Below, in pieces: positions 39,261 to 52,605 of a stretch of DNA of 64,000 nucleotides (position 1 is the stretch's first letter; the number at the start of each line of letters is the position of its first letter). The translations under genes were made by a program, and so were the position numbers. Location: the NCBI RefSeq assembly GCF_009914755.1, contig NC_060939.1; one strand, 5' to 3'. The notes beneath the pieces were generated by a model, which was not told the origin of the DNA, ran no database searches, and was given only the letters and a program-made list of their open reading frames with translations. This DNA is from the human T2T-CHM13v2.0 reference genome, Homo sapiens.

Positions 39261-40592
39261 GTCCTGTATCTTTTTTTAAAAAAACTTTCTCTCCCCACTC
39301 TCACACACCTCTATCTTAATAGGTGTTTGAGCTTCCTCAGAGCTTGGTGGGCATCACTATAGGACCTGCAAGCTAGTGCCCTGTGGCAAACTTGCTATTT
39401 GAACCTCTTTTCTAGAATACTGAGATATAGATGATGACCATTTGGTCTCTTAGTTTAGGGTTCCTATGGTTTTTTAATGTATTTTATGGGAAATGATTTC
39501 CATTGGAATACTAATAGGGTAGCAGCATGAAACATGTAATGGAATCTAGGAATTTAGCAACTTACTCTCAGGACTGCTCCCTCTTCATCTTGTGTGCCTA
39601 AAAGTCCCTCCTGTCATAGACATTCACTATACTTTCAATTTAATTCAACAAGCATTTAGAAAATGTATAACAGTTCTATGTGGTAGCAGCTCCTGGAACA
39701 CACCGTATGGCTTCTGTAACCACCAAGAAGCAGTTGCATGAAAGAAGTTGTAATCAGTCCCAAACACTAAAACAAGAATAATAATAAGTTGTAAAATCTA
39801 CAGACAAAATAACCAAAATAATCCATGTAGCAGATGACAGGAAGGGGAAAGATCAATCTTTGTCAGAATTTTCAGAACTGTCAGATGATCAACAAGTAAG
39901 AGATAACATTGGAAGATGGATGATATTTGGAAAGATATGAAAATCCAGTCTTTAGACTGAGATCACATCCTTAATCTGGAAAACACACGAACGTAAAATG
40001 ATTTGCCACAGTGGATGAATCCTCCCAGTTAGTTACCATTAGATTGGATGACCTGGTCACTTTAGTAAGCTACTTAGGTCTGAAGATAAGTTTCCCAATA
40101 AGGCTTAGGCTAAACTTTCTGAGTAGTATATACCAAATGTAGATAGTATTATATGTGAATCTCAGTACTTCCATTTATTATTTGTATGACTTTGAATAAG
40201 TATTGAAACTCCATGAGTTTTCACTTTTGCCTGTTACGGATGCACTGTAGTTTGCATGATCATTTCAGAATTAAAACAAGTAATTCACCTCACCCATAGC
40301 AGGTGCTCGGTAAATGCCCACCTGTATCCTTAGGCAGGAAAGCTGGCCACAATGGCCTCAGTCTTTTTCAAGCTCAGTACTCCTTAGGGAAGTAAAGTCA
40401 GCTGGAACTCAGACACAGAAATGTTGCCTACCTTCACATTGCTTTTCTACAAGCTAATGTCATTGAAACTCTCTTGGTTACCTCAGTTTCTTGGGTATCT
40501 AAATCTTTAATCCAAACAGCAGTCATTGAATCTTTTCCTCTGATCTTTGCAATAGTATCAGCTGAATTCTGAACTCATCTTTCCTTGTTTTT

Positions 40593-40896
40593 TATATATA
40601 TATATATATATATTTTGAGACAGAGTCTTGCTCTGTCATCCAGACTGGAGTGCAGTGGTGTAATCTTGGCTCACCACAACCCCCGCTTCCCAGGTTCAAG
40701 CAATTCTCATGCCTTAGCCTCCAGAGTAGCTGGGATTAAAGGTGTGTGCCACCACACCTGGCTAATTTTTTATTGTTAGTAGAGACAGGGTTTTGCCATG
40801 TTGGCCAGGCTGGTCTTGAACTCCTGGCCTCAAGTGATCTGCCCACTTCGGCCTCCTAATGCTCTGGGATTACAGGCATGAGCCACTGCACCGGCC
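40593..40896 (-). mobile_element. AluS (Sz-like) with (TA)10 at its tail end
   Basis: (ta)10 ttttgagacagagtcttgctctgtc...ctcctggcctcaagtgatc...ccactgcaccggcc. Confidence 0.95.
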
Positions 40897-41521
40897 TGTT
40901 TTATGTAGTTTCTAACACAATTCCTTGCCTCAACATATATTTGATTTTATAAGTTTAACATTGTATGATTCTATATCTAACTCCAGTGCCCACACTTATT
41001 CTGAAGTAGGCCTGTCCTAACTTTCAATACCATATACTATGTACAGCTGTCCCTTAAGCATTAGAACAGAGTACTTTACTTTTGCTCTGCATCAGAATTC
41101 CATGGGGTGTTTGTTCAGTGCCTTTCTTCTCTAGTCCCCTTCTTCCTTTCATGTTCTAATTTGATTAATCTGGGTAGATTCTAGAATAATTTGTTTATTA
41201 GCAAGGAGTACTCCAGTAATTCTGATATAACCTGTTCATTGTCTAGTATTTGGAAAGTGTCATTCCAAATACTAGACAGCAAAGATGTCAAGCAAGGAAT
41301 GAACATGGTCTGTTTAGCATGGAAGTTATTGAGAGTGGCCTGTAAGATTTTTATTGGGAGTTTCATATGAGTTATGTGAATAACTTGGGTTCATATTATG
41401 AAGAAATTTGTTGGAGAGAATAAAGTGGTTAAATAGACTTTGAAATCATTACCCATCCACCCAGACCTAGTTCTACCTGGCCTGCACCTTTAAAATAATT
41501 CTTTTAAAATTTAACAATATT

Positions 41522-41673
41522 AGCGGGGTGTGGTGGCTCATTCCTGTAATTCCAGCACTTTGGGAGGCCGAGATGGGAGGATTGCTTGATCCCAGGAGCT
41601 CAGGACCAGCCTGGACAACATGGCAAAACCCCATCTCTATTTTTTTAAAAATATAAGAGAAAAGAGAAAACAA
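41522..41673 (+). mobile_element. Free left Alu monomer (FLAM_C-like) with its own TSD
   Basis: Single monomer gtgtggtggctcattcctgtaattccagcactttggg...gggaggattgcttga...ccccatctcta plus an A-rich tail; TSD ttaacaatat (41511-41520 / 41674-41683). Confidence 0.85.
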
Positions 41674-42130
41674 TTAACAATATCCAGAAATTATGACAAA
41701 AGGTTAGAGAAGTCAAAGCTATATCTCCATGATTCCCAGTAATATTATCAACAAAAATATAGATATTTGTCTCTTCCATTGTCAAGTCAGTCCCATTCTA
41801 TACATATTTTAGAACTACACAGGTATTTGCACTTTTGTGCCTCTTGATAACTTAAAAAAATTAGACCATAGTTAAAAAAAATAGTAACCGTAGTTAATAT
41901 TTTTAAATTTAACGCCATCCTCAAGGTACAGAAAGGAGCCTACAGAATTTCCCATTCTTTTTAAAAATGGTAACAAAAATTTTCATGATAAAACATTTAT
42001 TATGGGAGTTAGAAAAGCACCATAGACTATCATTCATCCATCTGCCTCCTTCCTCCCAATACACATACTTTAGATATGAGAAATCTGATGCTCAAAGAAT
42101 GGATTAACTTGACCAAAAGAATATTTAGGG

Positions 42131-43510
42131 AAGACTGGCATAACTCTAGACATATGAACCAGTGAAATAGAATTGATAATCCAGATATAAACCCATACAT
42201 CTATGGTCAATTGATTTTGGACAAGAGTTCCAAGGTCATTCAGTAGGGAAAGAATAGTCTTCAACAAATGGTTCAAGACAACTTGCAAAAGAATGAATTT
42301 GGACCTTACCTCACACAATTTACAAAAATTAAGACAAAATGAATCATAGACCTAAGAGTGAAAACTATATATCTCTTAGAAGAAAACATAGGCAAAAATC
42401 TTCATGACATTATATTTCACAATTTGTTTTTAAAATATGATAGCAGAAGCACAAGTGACAAAAGAAAACAGATAACTTGGACTTTATCAAAATTAAAAAC
42501 TTTTGTTTATCAAAGGAAACTATCAAGAAAGTAAAAAGACAACTCACAAAATGGAAGAAAATATTTGCAAATCATACGTCTGATAACGGTCTAGTATCCA
42601 GAATATACATTCAACAACAAAAAGACAAACAACCCAATTAAAAATTACGAAAGTCTTGAGTAGACTTTTTCCAAAGAAGATGCACACATGGTCAACAAGT
42701 ATATGAAAAGATGTTCACCATCACTGGTCATTAGAGAAATGCAAATTAAAACAACAATGAGATACCACTGAATGCACATTAAGATGACCATAATAAAAAA
42801 TATGGAAAGTAACCAGCGTTGGTGAGGCTACAGAGAAACTGGAAACTTAATACATTGCTGGTGCAAATGAAAATGGTGTATCCACTTTGGAAAGAAGTTT
42901 GGCAGTTCCTCAAACAGTTAAACATAAAATTACCACATGACACAGCAATTCCACTCCTAGAAATATACCCAAGGAATGGAAAACATATGTTCAAACAAAA
43001 CTTGTACAGAAATATTCATAACAGTACTATTTGCAATAGCCAAGCAGTGAAAACAACTGAAATGTCTATCAACTGATGAATGGATAAATAAAAAGTGGTG
43101 TGTCTATACAACAGAATATTATTCAGTCACATAAAGGAATGAAGTACTGATATAGGCTACAACATGGGTGAACCTCAAAACCATTATGCTAAGTGAAAGA
43201 AGCCAATCACAGAAGGCCACAGAGAAGATAATTCTATTTTTATGGAATGGCCAAAATAGGCAAATCCACAGAGACAGAAAGCAGATTAGTGATTGCCAGG
43301 GGCTAGCTGAAAGAGGCAATGGGGAGTGATTGCTTAACGGGTACTGGGTTTCTCCTTAGAGTAATGATGTTCTAGAATTAGATAGTGGCGGATAATTGCA
43401 AAGCATTGTGAGCGCAATAAAAGCTACTGAATTGTACACAGTACTTTACAATGATTAAAGTGGAGAACTTTATAATATGTGAATTTTACTTTGATGAAAC
43501 AAAAAAAAAA
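42131..43510 (+). mobile_element. L1MB-type 3' ~1.4 kb (ORF2 end, 3'UTR, poly-A), inserted in a MIR
   Basis: ORF2-like translation (KMVYPLWKEVWQFLKQLNIKLPHDTAIPLLEIYP); 3'UTR cagagacagaaagcagattagtgattgccagggg; A10 tail; MIR-like halves at about 42070-42125 and 43511-43565. Confidence 0.92.
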
Positions 43511-44351
43511 CATGCAGGGTCTCATGTTTACTGCTTCTATATCAGTGTACTTTTCCCCAATCCATGTTCAGTGATATTCTGAAACTGGACAGCCCTTAGA
43601 TATATACCTCATGACTATCCATATGGCAAAAGTAATTTGCTTATTTCTTAGGTAGCTGGATGAAAGTAACATTAGTCTTTCAGTGCTAAGCACAGTGCTG
43701 TATACAAGCAATGGAACTGCTAGTTTTATATTTTTTCTAGTTATGTTGAGAAAGTCCCAAAGTGGACACAATGGACTGTGTCATCACATCACAGAAAGTT
43801 CCTAATTAGAAGGCCACCCGGGGGGACCAGCACCTGTCAAAAGCAAGAAAATTGCCAAAGGGGGAAAATAAGAGACCCAGCACCCTGGGGGATAATCAAT
43901 TAAACAGCTTCAGGCTCAGGGCCATCTGCTAAAGATCAGCTGAAAAAAGTGGCTATCAAAATTTGAAACTTAGTCTCCATGGCTCTGAGGGCTACAAGGC
44001 CCAGCCCTGGCACTTTAGCTGCAATTGGAATCTTCAGCTTTAATTGCCAGATCGTCAATTTCCATTGACTATCTGCTCTTGCTTGGATCCCCTGCATTGT
44101 GAAAGGGAGACATGGGGATAGACAAATCATTGCCTGGACGGAGGCTGATTGGTGGAGCCCTGTTGTGATATCTGACAGCCGATCTTTTATAAAGCCTTCT
44201 GGGAATGAAGAGGAGGACTGGAATTTTGTGGAACACTCAGAAATGCTCGTCCTTGAAATAATGTCATTGGGAGCATTCCCTGAGGGTCCCATTACCTGGG
44301 ATGGGGAGCATGACTCTGCAATTGCTTGTTTGAGACTTAGATCCAATGTGA

Positions 44352-44758
<407 letters not shown>

Positions 44759-45495
44759 TGATCTTACAGCCCAGAAGGCACACAATAAGAAAGCACCAGA
44801 TTGCCTTCCTGGAGACATGGCACCTCAGTTTCACTGTGTTAGGAACCCAACACGTGTACATGAGGCACTCAAGACTATGCAGCAGTCTTCTTACATGTGT
44901 CAACCAACTAAAAGTTTTACCAACTCTATGAGGCACACATTGGTACAATTATCACCAAGTTAAAATGCATAAACTTGGGCCCAGATGAATGAATGCTTTT
45001 CTCAAGGTCACATAAAAAATTAACTGTTGGTGTCAGCATTCTCTTCTCATTCTTTCTCATGCAAAGACCACATTTGTTCCACCTCACACTGGGAAAAGTG
45101 AAGAGATGAGTTGGATGACTAGACATTTGTTCTGTCAGAAAAGTAAGCATTATTGGGCTTTGAACATAATACACTCTGTCCTTTCATTTCTGTCACAAAG
45201 GATTGTCCCTAAGCCTCAAAGGACACAAGTAAACTCTCTGAAACCTGAAGTAGTTGGTCTCAATCTATTCTTTGGCATCAAGCAAGTGCAAGGGTCAAAG
45301 ATAAAAACTGTATTGCTTGCTTCTTGGATGCCACAGTCCGAAATACCTCTAACCAAATGTAAGTCACACCCAGGACATGACAAGAATCTTTAATAGTGGC
45401 CCAAGATTTAGCTATGGCTTTGGAGTTCTACAGTCATTCTTGCTCATACCAGTTAGAAGCTCATGCACTCTGAAATGGCTTTGTTTGGTTTTGGA

Positions 45496-45710
45496 GCAAT
45501 AGTCAGCAAACTATGGCACAGGATGAAATCCAGTCCTCCACTTGCTTTTGTAAATAAAACATTATTAGAACATAGCTACACCCATCTATTTACATATCAT
45601 CTGTAGCTGCTTTTGCTCTACAAGGCAGAGTTGACTATTTGCATCAGAGACTGTTTAGTCCACAAAGCGATACTGTCTGGCTCTTTATATAAAAATGTTT
45701 TCAAGCCCTG
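45496..45710. mobile_element. MER58A (hAT-Charlie)
   Basis: gtcagcaaactatggc...ttttgtaaataaaacattattagaacatagctacaccc...tgctctacaaggcagagttg...ctggctctttat...gccctg. Confidence 0.85.
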
Positions 45711-45824
45711 TTTTATGAATTAGGAAGAAAGGGCTTTCTAAGTCTTTCTCACTACAAAGTTTATTTCTCAGAATCAACCAGAATGAACTGTCCAGGGCTG
45801 AGGTAGCTGTGCTGACTCCAAGAG

Positions 45825-46045
45825 GTGGTGCAGTTGTACAGAACATGGACTCTGAACATTAGACAAACCTGAGTTCAAATTTTAACAACTATCTGGCTGT
45901 GCACTCAGAAAAGTCACTTAACTACTCTGAGTTTCCTCGTCTGTGAAGTGCCCATTAGAATTCTGACCTTGCAGGACCTCTGAAGATTAAATTGCATGGG
46001 ATATTTGTAGCACCTTGCCCAGTGTCAGGCACATAGTAGTATTCA
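45825..46045 (+). mobile_element. MIR
   Basis: gaacatggactctgaacattagacaaacctgagttcaaat...aagtcacttaactactctgagtttcctcgtctgtgaa...ggcacatagtag. Confidence 0.85.
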
Positions 46046-46779
46046 CTCCGTGATATTTTATATATAATTCTCAAAGGACTGCATGCCCACATAATGAAGA
46101 CCTCAGTTAAACTGACATTTTGTGGGTATGCACGCTGGAGCTCACTATCCCTGGGCTGTTCCAGCATGACAGATTCCTCTTTACATCCCAGTGATAAGTG
46201 ACCCACAGGAGGCTGTGTCTTCATGCTCTAAGAATAGAATGGAAAACCACGCTCATTTCAAAAAAGGAGCAGAACCCCCTCTTATTTCCCTTTCCTGGTT
46301 TCTCTTCCTCATGCCAGAACTTGTTATCCTGCAGGCATTTCAACCTGCTCACTCTGAGAAATAAAAAATGCACCAGGCAATTGCTAATTGCTGATAGCTC
46401 TCTCCCTATTGATCTCTCCATTTGGCTCAAACATCTCAGATTACTGAGTGATCACAGTTGAGATAGGTCAGGACAAAGAGGCCCTGCTTAAATATTTCTA
46501 TGGAAGAATGACAGAGTGTCTGCAGGAAAAAAAGGTAGAAATGCATTTCAAGAGGCAAGGACCTTCAAGTTAAGAGTTTTGTAACATATTTAAAGCATGG
46601 GGCAGGGGTGGTGGGGAGGTGATCCATCAGCAAAATGGAAAGGGAAGGACTTGGAAGAACCTGCAAAGGGAAGGAAGCCCTTGGAGGTGGAGGCCTTAGA
46701 ATAAGATCAGAAGTTTGATATGAGGTAAAATTACTTCTTTTCTTGGATATGACCTTTTTGTCAAATGGTATTCTGCTAA

Positions 46780-47250
46780 TGTATTTGTCAGGGTTTTAGT
46801 TTAAGCAGAAAGAAATTTATTAAGGGCAATTAGTTACAGAATGTCTTGGAGGTTCATGCAGCTAAAGCTTGGGTCCTGCCCAGCTGTAAGCAATGCAGCC
46901 AGGAGAAATGGCCGACCACTTGGTACAGATGTTGCAATTGAAATCCTGAGGCTGTCACTGCAGTCCCTTGGTATCCATTAGACTGCAGACCATAGAACAG
47001 AAATTCAGTTTCAATATCTACAGGAAAACAGAACAAAACAACAAAAACAACCGATTCCACCACATTTATCTTTGCCTTCAAAATCTCGAGTGACAGAGTT
47101 GGCTTGGTAACAGTCAGATTACCTGTGGAACTCTGACTACTAAGGAGTCTGGGAAATTTAGACTTTAACTCTCCAGCATTAAGTGAGCTGGGACACACAC
47201 TACAAGGGTGTTGGGATAGGGTTGGGTGAATCAATCTATAATGTCTGCAT
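46780..47250 (-). mobile_element. Old MLT1-type LTR
   Basis: tgtatttgtcagggttt...aagcagaaagaaatttattaaggg...aaggagtctgggaaatttag...aatgtctgca. Confidence 0.55.
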
Positions 47251-48017
47251 CTTAAGGATTATGTAAACAAATTACATGGGATTATTAAAAGAATCTCTTT
47301 ATGTTAAGAGTACCCTCAATCCCTGGACATTCTTAGAAATTTGAATTGAGAAGACTCTGCTTTCCTTTGTTACTAAGATTGGTTAGTAACCTATTGAATG
47401 GGCCACTATTCTATAATAGCAATGAACTAGACACTTTACCTGGCATAATTTATTTAGTTGTTTTTTAACAACTATGTTTGATAAATATTATTTATTTCAA
47501 CTTTCCTCTTGGAAACTGGGAGGAAGACAAACTTAGTAACTTGTCCTGTTAATACTACATACATGCTGGGTAGTACGTCTGGATATCCAGGACCGGCAAT
47601 TAGATCTGCTAGGTTGAGGAGCCCAGAGTCCCATATATTTAGAGAGCCTGAAGAAACCATAGTCAGGAGACAAAATCTTCAGTTGTTCGTGGTGGAGTTT
47701 TTGTTGTTGCTGTTTGTCCGTTTTTGATTATTATTGTTGGAAGTGAACCTCCTGAATGAGGAGACTTTGACTTAAAGATTTGGGGAAGAAGCTGGTTTGC
47801 TTGGGCAGTCTTCATTTGGCATTCTGAGGAAAATTAAAATAATAAATGTATTTGCCTGAGGTGAGTATTCTTTTTGGGAATATCCTTCGTTCAATACCAG
47901 GGCATTTGATTAGTGCTCAGTGTCTGGGTAGGAATCAGACTCCAGATTCAAAGTCCTATCTAGTAAGACAGTTCTCTCTGGTTCCTTTTGTTTGTATCTG
48001 AATGCAATTGTAATTTT

Positions 48018-48136
48018 ATTTTATTTTATTTTACTTTATTTTATTTTATTATTATTATACTTTAAGTTTTAGGGTACATGTGCACAATGTGCAGGTTAGT
48101 TACATATGTATACATGTGCCATGCTGGTGTGCTGCA
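48018..48136 (-). mobile_element. Ultra-short young L1PA (L1PA2/3-like) 3' end with (TTTTA)n tail and TSD
   Basis: (attttt-like)n tail, then ttattatactttaagttttagggtacatgtgcacaatgtgcaggttagttacatatgtatacatgtgccatgctggtgtgctgca; TSD tgcaattgtaatttt (48003-48017) / tgcaactgtaatttt (48133-48147). Confidence 0.95.
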
Positions 48137-50173
48137 ACTGTAATTTTCTAGGGCCACTTGTTGTGGGCAGAAATCTTCAGGCAGTTTTTTTCTCTAACAT
48201 TAAATAAATCTATCCTTGATTTCTTGAAAAATGCATGAGCACACAGAAATTGCCCTTGCAAGGTGTGGGCGAATAGGGTGGGTGTTAAGAGATGAATCCA
48301 GACTAAGCAAGTGCCAAGAGGTAACATTCTCTTCTTTACATGGGAATAATTAATGCACGGCTATACCACATTTATTTCTTAACACTCCTTCTCACTCATT
48401 TTCAGAGTAGCTCATCTTATTTAAAAAATGGCATCTGATATTGTGACGGAATTATGTAAAATCTAGAATTCTTGCTCTAAGGATTCCCGCATCTCCAGAA
48501 AGTTGGAGAAATTGAATAAGTAATTTGAATTTCACTTCTATTTTTTTGTTGACTTTGGACAAAAAAAAGAAAACCCCCTTACATCTTCATTTGACTCCAC
48601 AAGCCATTTTGAAATTGTTAGCTGAAAAGTTCTAGGGAATTGCATATAAAACTAATCATTACCTTGTAATGAAATGGTTCTGCAAGTTACTGCTTAATAA
48701 TACTTGAAGTCATCAAAAAGTTCAAAGATTAATTACCATGTAACTGGCAGTGTTTAGATTGGAAAATTAAGGCTCCAGCGAAGAATTGAAAAATATCCAT
48801 ATAATTACCCAGGTATAAAATGCAGCTTAATACATTCTGGAACCCGGGCTTCTCAAAATAGCAAGTCCCTTTTGAGAGCGTCAAGTGGTTTTTCATTATT
48901 TTTCATTATTCTCATTTTTCATCTTACAGCAGCCAATATCATGCTTGTTTACTAATAAGTAATGGCCACTTTCCCTTTAGCAAAAAACACCTGCACCACC
49001 ATGAAATAATTAGAACCAGATCATTTGATAGGATATTATTTTTTTTGTCGTAGATCCTGGCAATTAACCAACACATCATATTTATACATATTATTTTGGG
49101 ACATATTTATGAGCTGTAGTTTGCAAAACCATGCCACAAAACTATAAAATGTTTGAAGCCATGTAAAGAGAATTATGAGTTGACTAATTTATATTAGGAT
49201 AGTTTTGTATTTGTGTTTTTGTATTTGTGTTTTTTCTCCTTTCCATATCCTTGCAAATAGTACATCTTAGAAGACAAGTGAGAAAAAAGGCCCAGAATTT
49301 CCTTTAAAGAGATTCTAGGACAGAAGGAATCCAGAAATATGGAACCTAGGAATCCTTCTTCCATAAGTCTATTTGGTGTTCTACACTTTCCCTAATTTAT
49401 TTCCAAGTACCTTTCTCACTTTGCATAACTGGTTTACAAATTTGGCTTAGAAAACTGGCCCTTATGTTTTCAGGAGATTTTTAAAAGTAAGACATAATTT
49501 AAAAATTAAATATGGCAAGCAGTGCTAAGTTCAAGCATGAGCCATATGCTAGCAAGCAACCACCACCTGGCAAGTTCATTGCAGAACAGTTTTGGGATGC
49601 TGTATATCCTGTTTGAAAATATTTGCTTTAATATTTCCTACCTGAAGAAAAGAAGGTCACTTACAAAGGTAGAAATAGAGAATAAAGAAATGGAGACTGG
49701 CCCAAAAAAGAGAACTAAGCTATCTGATTGAAGACAATGACTTGTTATCAGAAGCAGCAGTTGCTGAGTTAGGTTATAGAGAAGGTGACATTTTAAGGGG
49801 TGAGATGCATGAAATATCAACTAAAGATTAGTGTTAGGAAACTTTTTTTTAAAGCAAATTTCTCCAACAAAAGGTCGTTGAGTTTGAAATAGGTGTCTCT
49901 TCTTAGCACATCTTTGCCTTCAGACAAAAAAACTCGAACTTACATGTATAACACTTTTTTATGGCCCATCCTCAAAATGATCCTTACATTCACCATCTTA
50001 CAGCTTCAAACGTTGCCTTTTCCTGTAGTAGCAACCATCATGGTTCCTTTAGTTCTTTTAAGTTTTTCTTCTGAATTCTATCAGGGAGTAAAACTCTTTC
50101 TTGGCAAATGTTGGGGAGAAGCAGAAAAGAGAATATGCATGTTTTTTCTTGGCTTATAACTGTTGATGATTAC

Positions 50174-50174
<1 letters not shown>

Positions 50175-50222
<48 letters not shown>
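50175..50222 (+). repeat. Perfect (TCTA)12 tetranucleotide STR
   Basis: Read directly from the sequence. Confidence 0.97.
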
Positions 50223-50223
<1 letters not shown>

Positions 50224-51169
50224 ATTAAAGCCTTCTTAAAAGCCCCTCAGAAACTTACTCATCCCATTCTCTTCTGTGCCTGCTACTTACTGTGTTGCTT
50301 CATGATGAGAGACTTCTAGTTTATTAATATTTTACCTGCCCATGGACCCTGGTTCTCACTCATGTTACATCACACTTTATTTCCGTTTGTGGGATATTAC
50401 CTACTTCAATGAAGTCTCATAAAGGAAGATACTACATTCCCAAGAACGTCTCTTGGCATATATCTGTCTGTATCTGTGTCTATCTCTATAACTTATCTAT
50501 CTAGATCTGTTTAACCTTCAACATAGAGATAACTATATCTAGATTCTTTTTAACTTTAACATGGAGATCTCTCCATCATGGTACAGATTTAGATGCTACC
50601 AGTACATTTTACATGAAGATTTGGTGGAGTTATTATTAAACCAGTTGGAATGCCCTGGGAGAAAAGCAAGTACTAGTAAATAGAAAAGATCATTGCTGTG
50701 GTTATTACATGTGCCCTCTGGAGAGAGCTGCAGAGGAACCTGGAGCTCTCAGAGACTTAAAGGGAATGGGAGTCAGAATCTGGTCAGTTTATGCTAAAGA
50801 TGAGAAATGATCAAGCCCTGACAACAACTTATGGATGCTATTATACTTGGGAAGAATTAAACTTTATATCCTTTGGAGACTAAACAGCTCCCTAGATGGT
50901 GGGAATAAATCTTGAAAACATTTTTGATGATAGTTAGGGATTTAAATTTGCCGAGTTCTTTTTGTGGCTATACAGGGAGACTAAGTTTATGAGTCTCACT
51001 GAATGATTCCATATACAGAAACAGTGGGCAGCATTTTATTTTTCAAGTTTGACTCATCAGCTCTCAACTTTGAATTATATTTTTTTAGACTTTATATTAT
51101 TATTCCCATTTTCAAATGAGCCAGATGCTTTCTAATGAGGTTTTCATTTTTTTTTCAGTTTTCAGTAAT

Positions 51170-51290
51170 TGCATTGTAGTATTCTTGATGGCAGGGAATA
51201 TGTCTACCTGATTCACCATTGTAACCCCAGTTCCTATCACAGAGCCTGGCACTTGCAAGGGACTCAAATATTTCTTACCTGATTCATTTC
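51170..51290 (+). mobile_element. L2 3' end
   Basis: gatggcagggaatatgtctacctgattcaccattgtaaccccagttcctatcacagagcctggcac. Confidence 0.75.
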
Positions 51291-51629
51291 CAGTGGACAA
51301 ATGTTCAAGTTCCACCATGCACCTGTTCCTCAAATCACAAAGTAGAACCATGTTGCAATGCTGGAGAGCCCAATGCGGTAATATAATTCTACCCTCTTTA
51401 TTTTTAGTCTAGCATATACTTAATATGTAATGTAGTAAATATGTTAACACGTAAAAACACATCGAGATTCAGATTCTATATCTAAGGGGAAGCTGGGAAT
51501 ATGCATATCATTGTTTCTGACCTCACAGTCTAGTAATTGAGGGACACACAAACAAACATGAAATCTCAATATTGTGCTATAAATGCAATTCATGGAGCTA
51601 CTGAACATAAAGGTGAGGTAAAGGTGAGC

Positions 51630-51860
51630 TATAAGTATTTGTGGTCAGACAGACCTGCATTTAAACTGAACCTCAGTCATCCACTAATTACTTTACGTTG
51701 CAATTGTCCCTTAACCTTTCTTTGCTCCAATTTCTTTATCTACAAAAGGAAGATAATAAGACACTCAGTATAGAACTGTCATAAGCTTTTCATGACGTAA
51801 GATAGGTAAGAAGCAAATCACTATGTGTGACCCATTATTTGGACTGCTATTAACCATTAC
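51630..51860 (+). mobile_element. MIR
   Basis: gtcagacagacctgcatttaaac...cttaacctttctttgctccaatttctttatctacaaaagg. Confidence 0.65.
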
Positions 51861-51996
51861 TCCAAAAATCAGAGAAATTTTCCTAAGGAAGTGAGGGTTC
51901 TTTTGTATTTACCTTGTTGGAAACAGCATCCAAATGAGGGGCCATAGTATGGTGAAGAATTTAGATTTGTTTCATAAGGAGCATCATGTATAGCAC

Positions 51997-52358
51997 TGAC
52001 ATGTTTTGGCTCTGTGTCTCCGCTGAAATCTTATCTTGAATTCTAATCCTCATGTGTCAAGGGAGGGAGGTGATTGGATCATGGGGGTTGTTTCTCCCGT
52101 GCTGTTCTTGTGATAGGAGTGAGTTCTCATGAGATCTGATGGTTTTACAAGCATCTGGCATTTCCCTTGCTCATGCTCTTCTCTCTCCTTCTGCCATGTG
52201 AAGAAAGTCCTTGCTTCCCCTTCACCTTCTGCCATGATTGTAAGTTTCCCTGAGGCCTCCCCAGCCATGTGGAAGTGTGAGTCAATTAAACCTCTTCCCT
52301 TTATAAATTACCCAGTCTTAGTTATTTCTTTATAGCAGTGTGAAAACAGACTAGTACA
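51997..52358 (+). mobile_element. THE1D-like MaLR solo LTR
   Basis: tgacatgttttggctctgtgtc...ccatgattgtaagtttccctgaggcctccccagccatg...gagtcaattaaacctc...gactagtaca; 5-bp TSD agcac/aacac. Confidence 0.92.
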
Positions 52359-52605
52359 AACACTAATATGTATATCAATTAGTATTTATCCTGCCTCGTT
52401 TCAGAAACGGTAAGAGTCAACTCTGGCATCTCATGAGTGATCCATTTAAATTATATCAGGTTATTTGCATCTCTCCTTGAGTTGTACCTAATCTTATGGT
52501 GATTTGGAATCTCCTAAATGGTGTGGCAATATTGCTGTTGCTTCTTGGTAAGGACAAAATTCATCCTAAAAGTCTTGAAGGAAAGAGACTGGGAAAGATA
52601 TAGTG

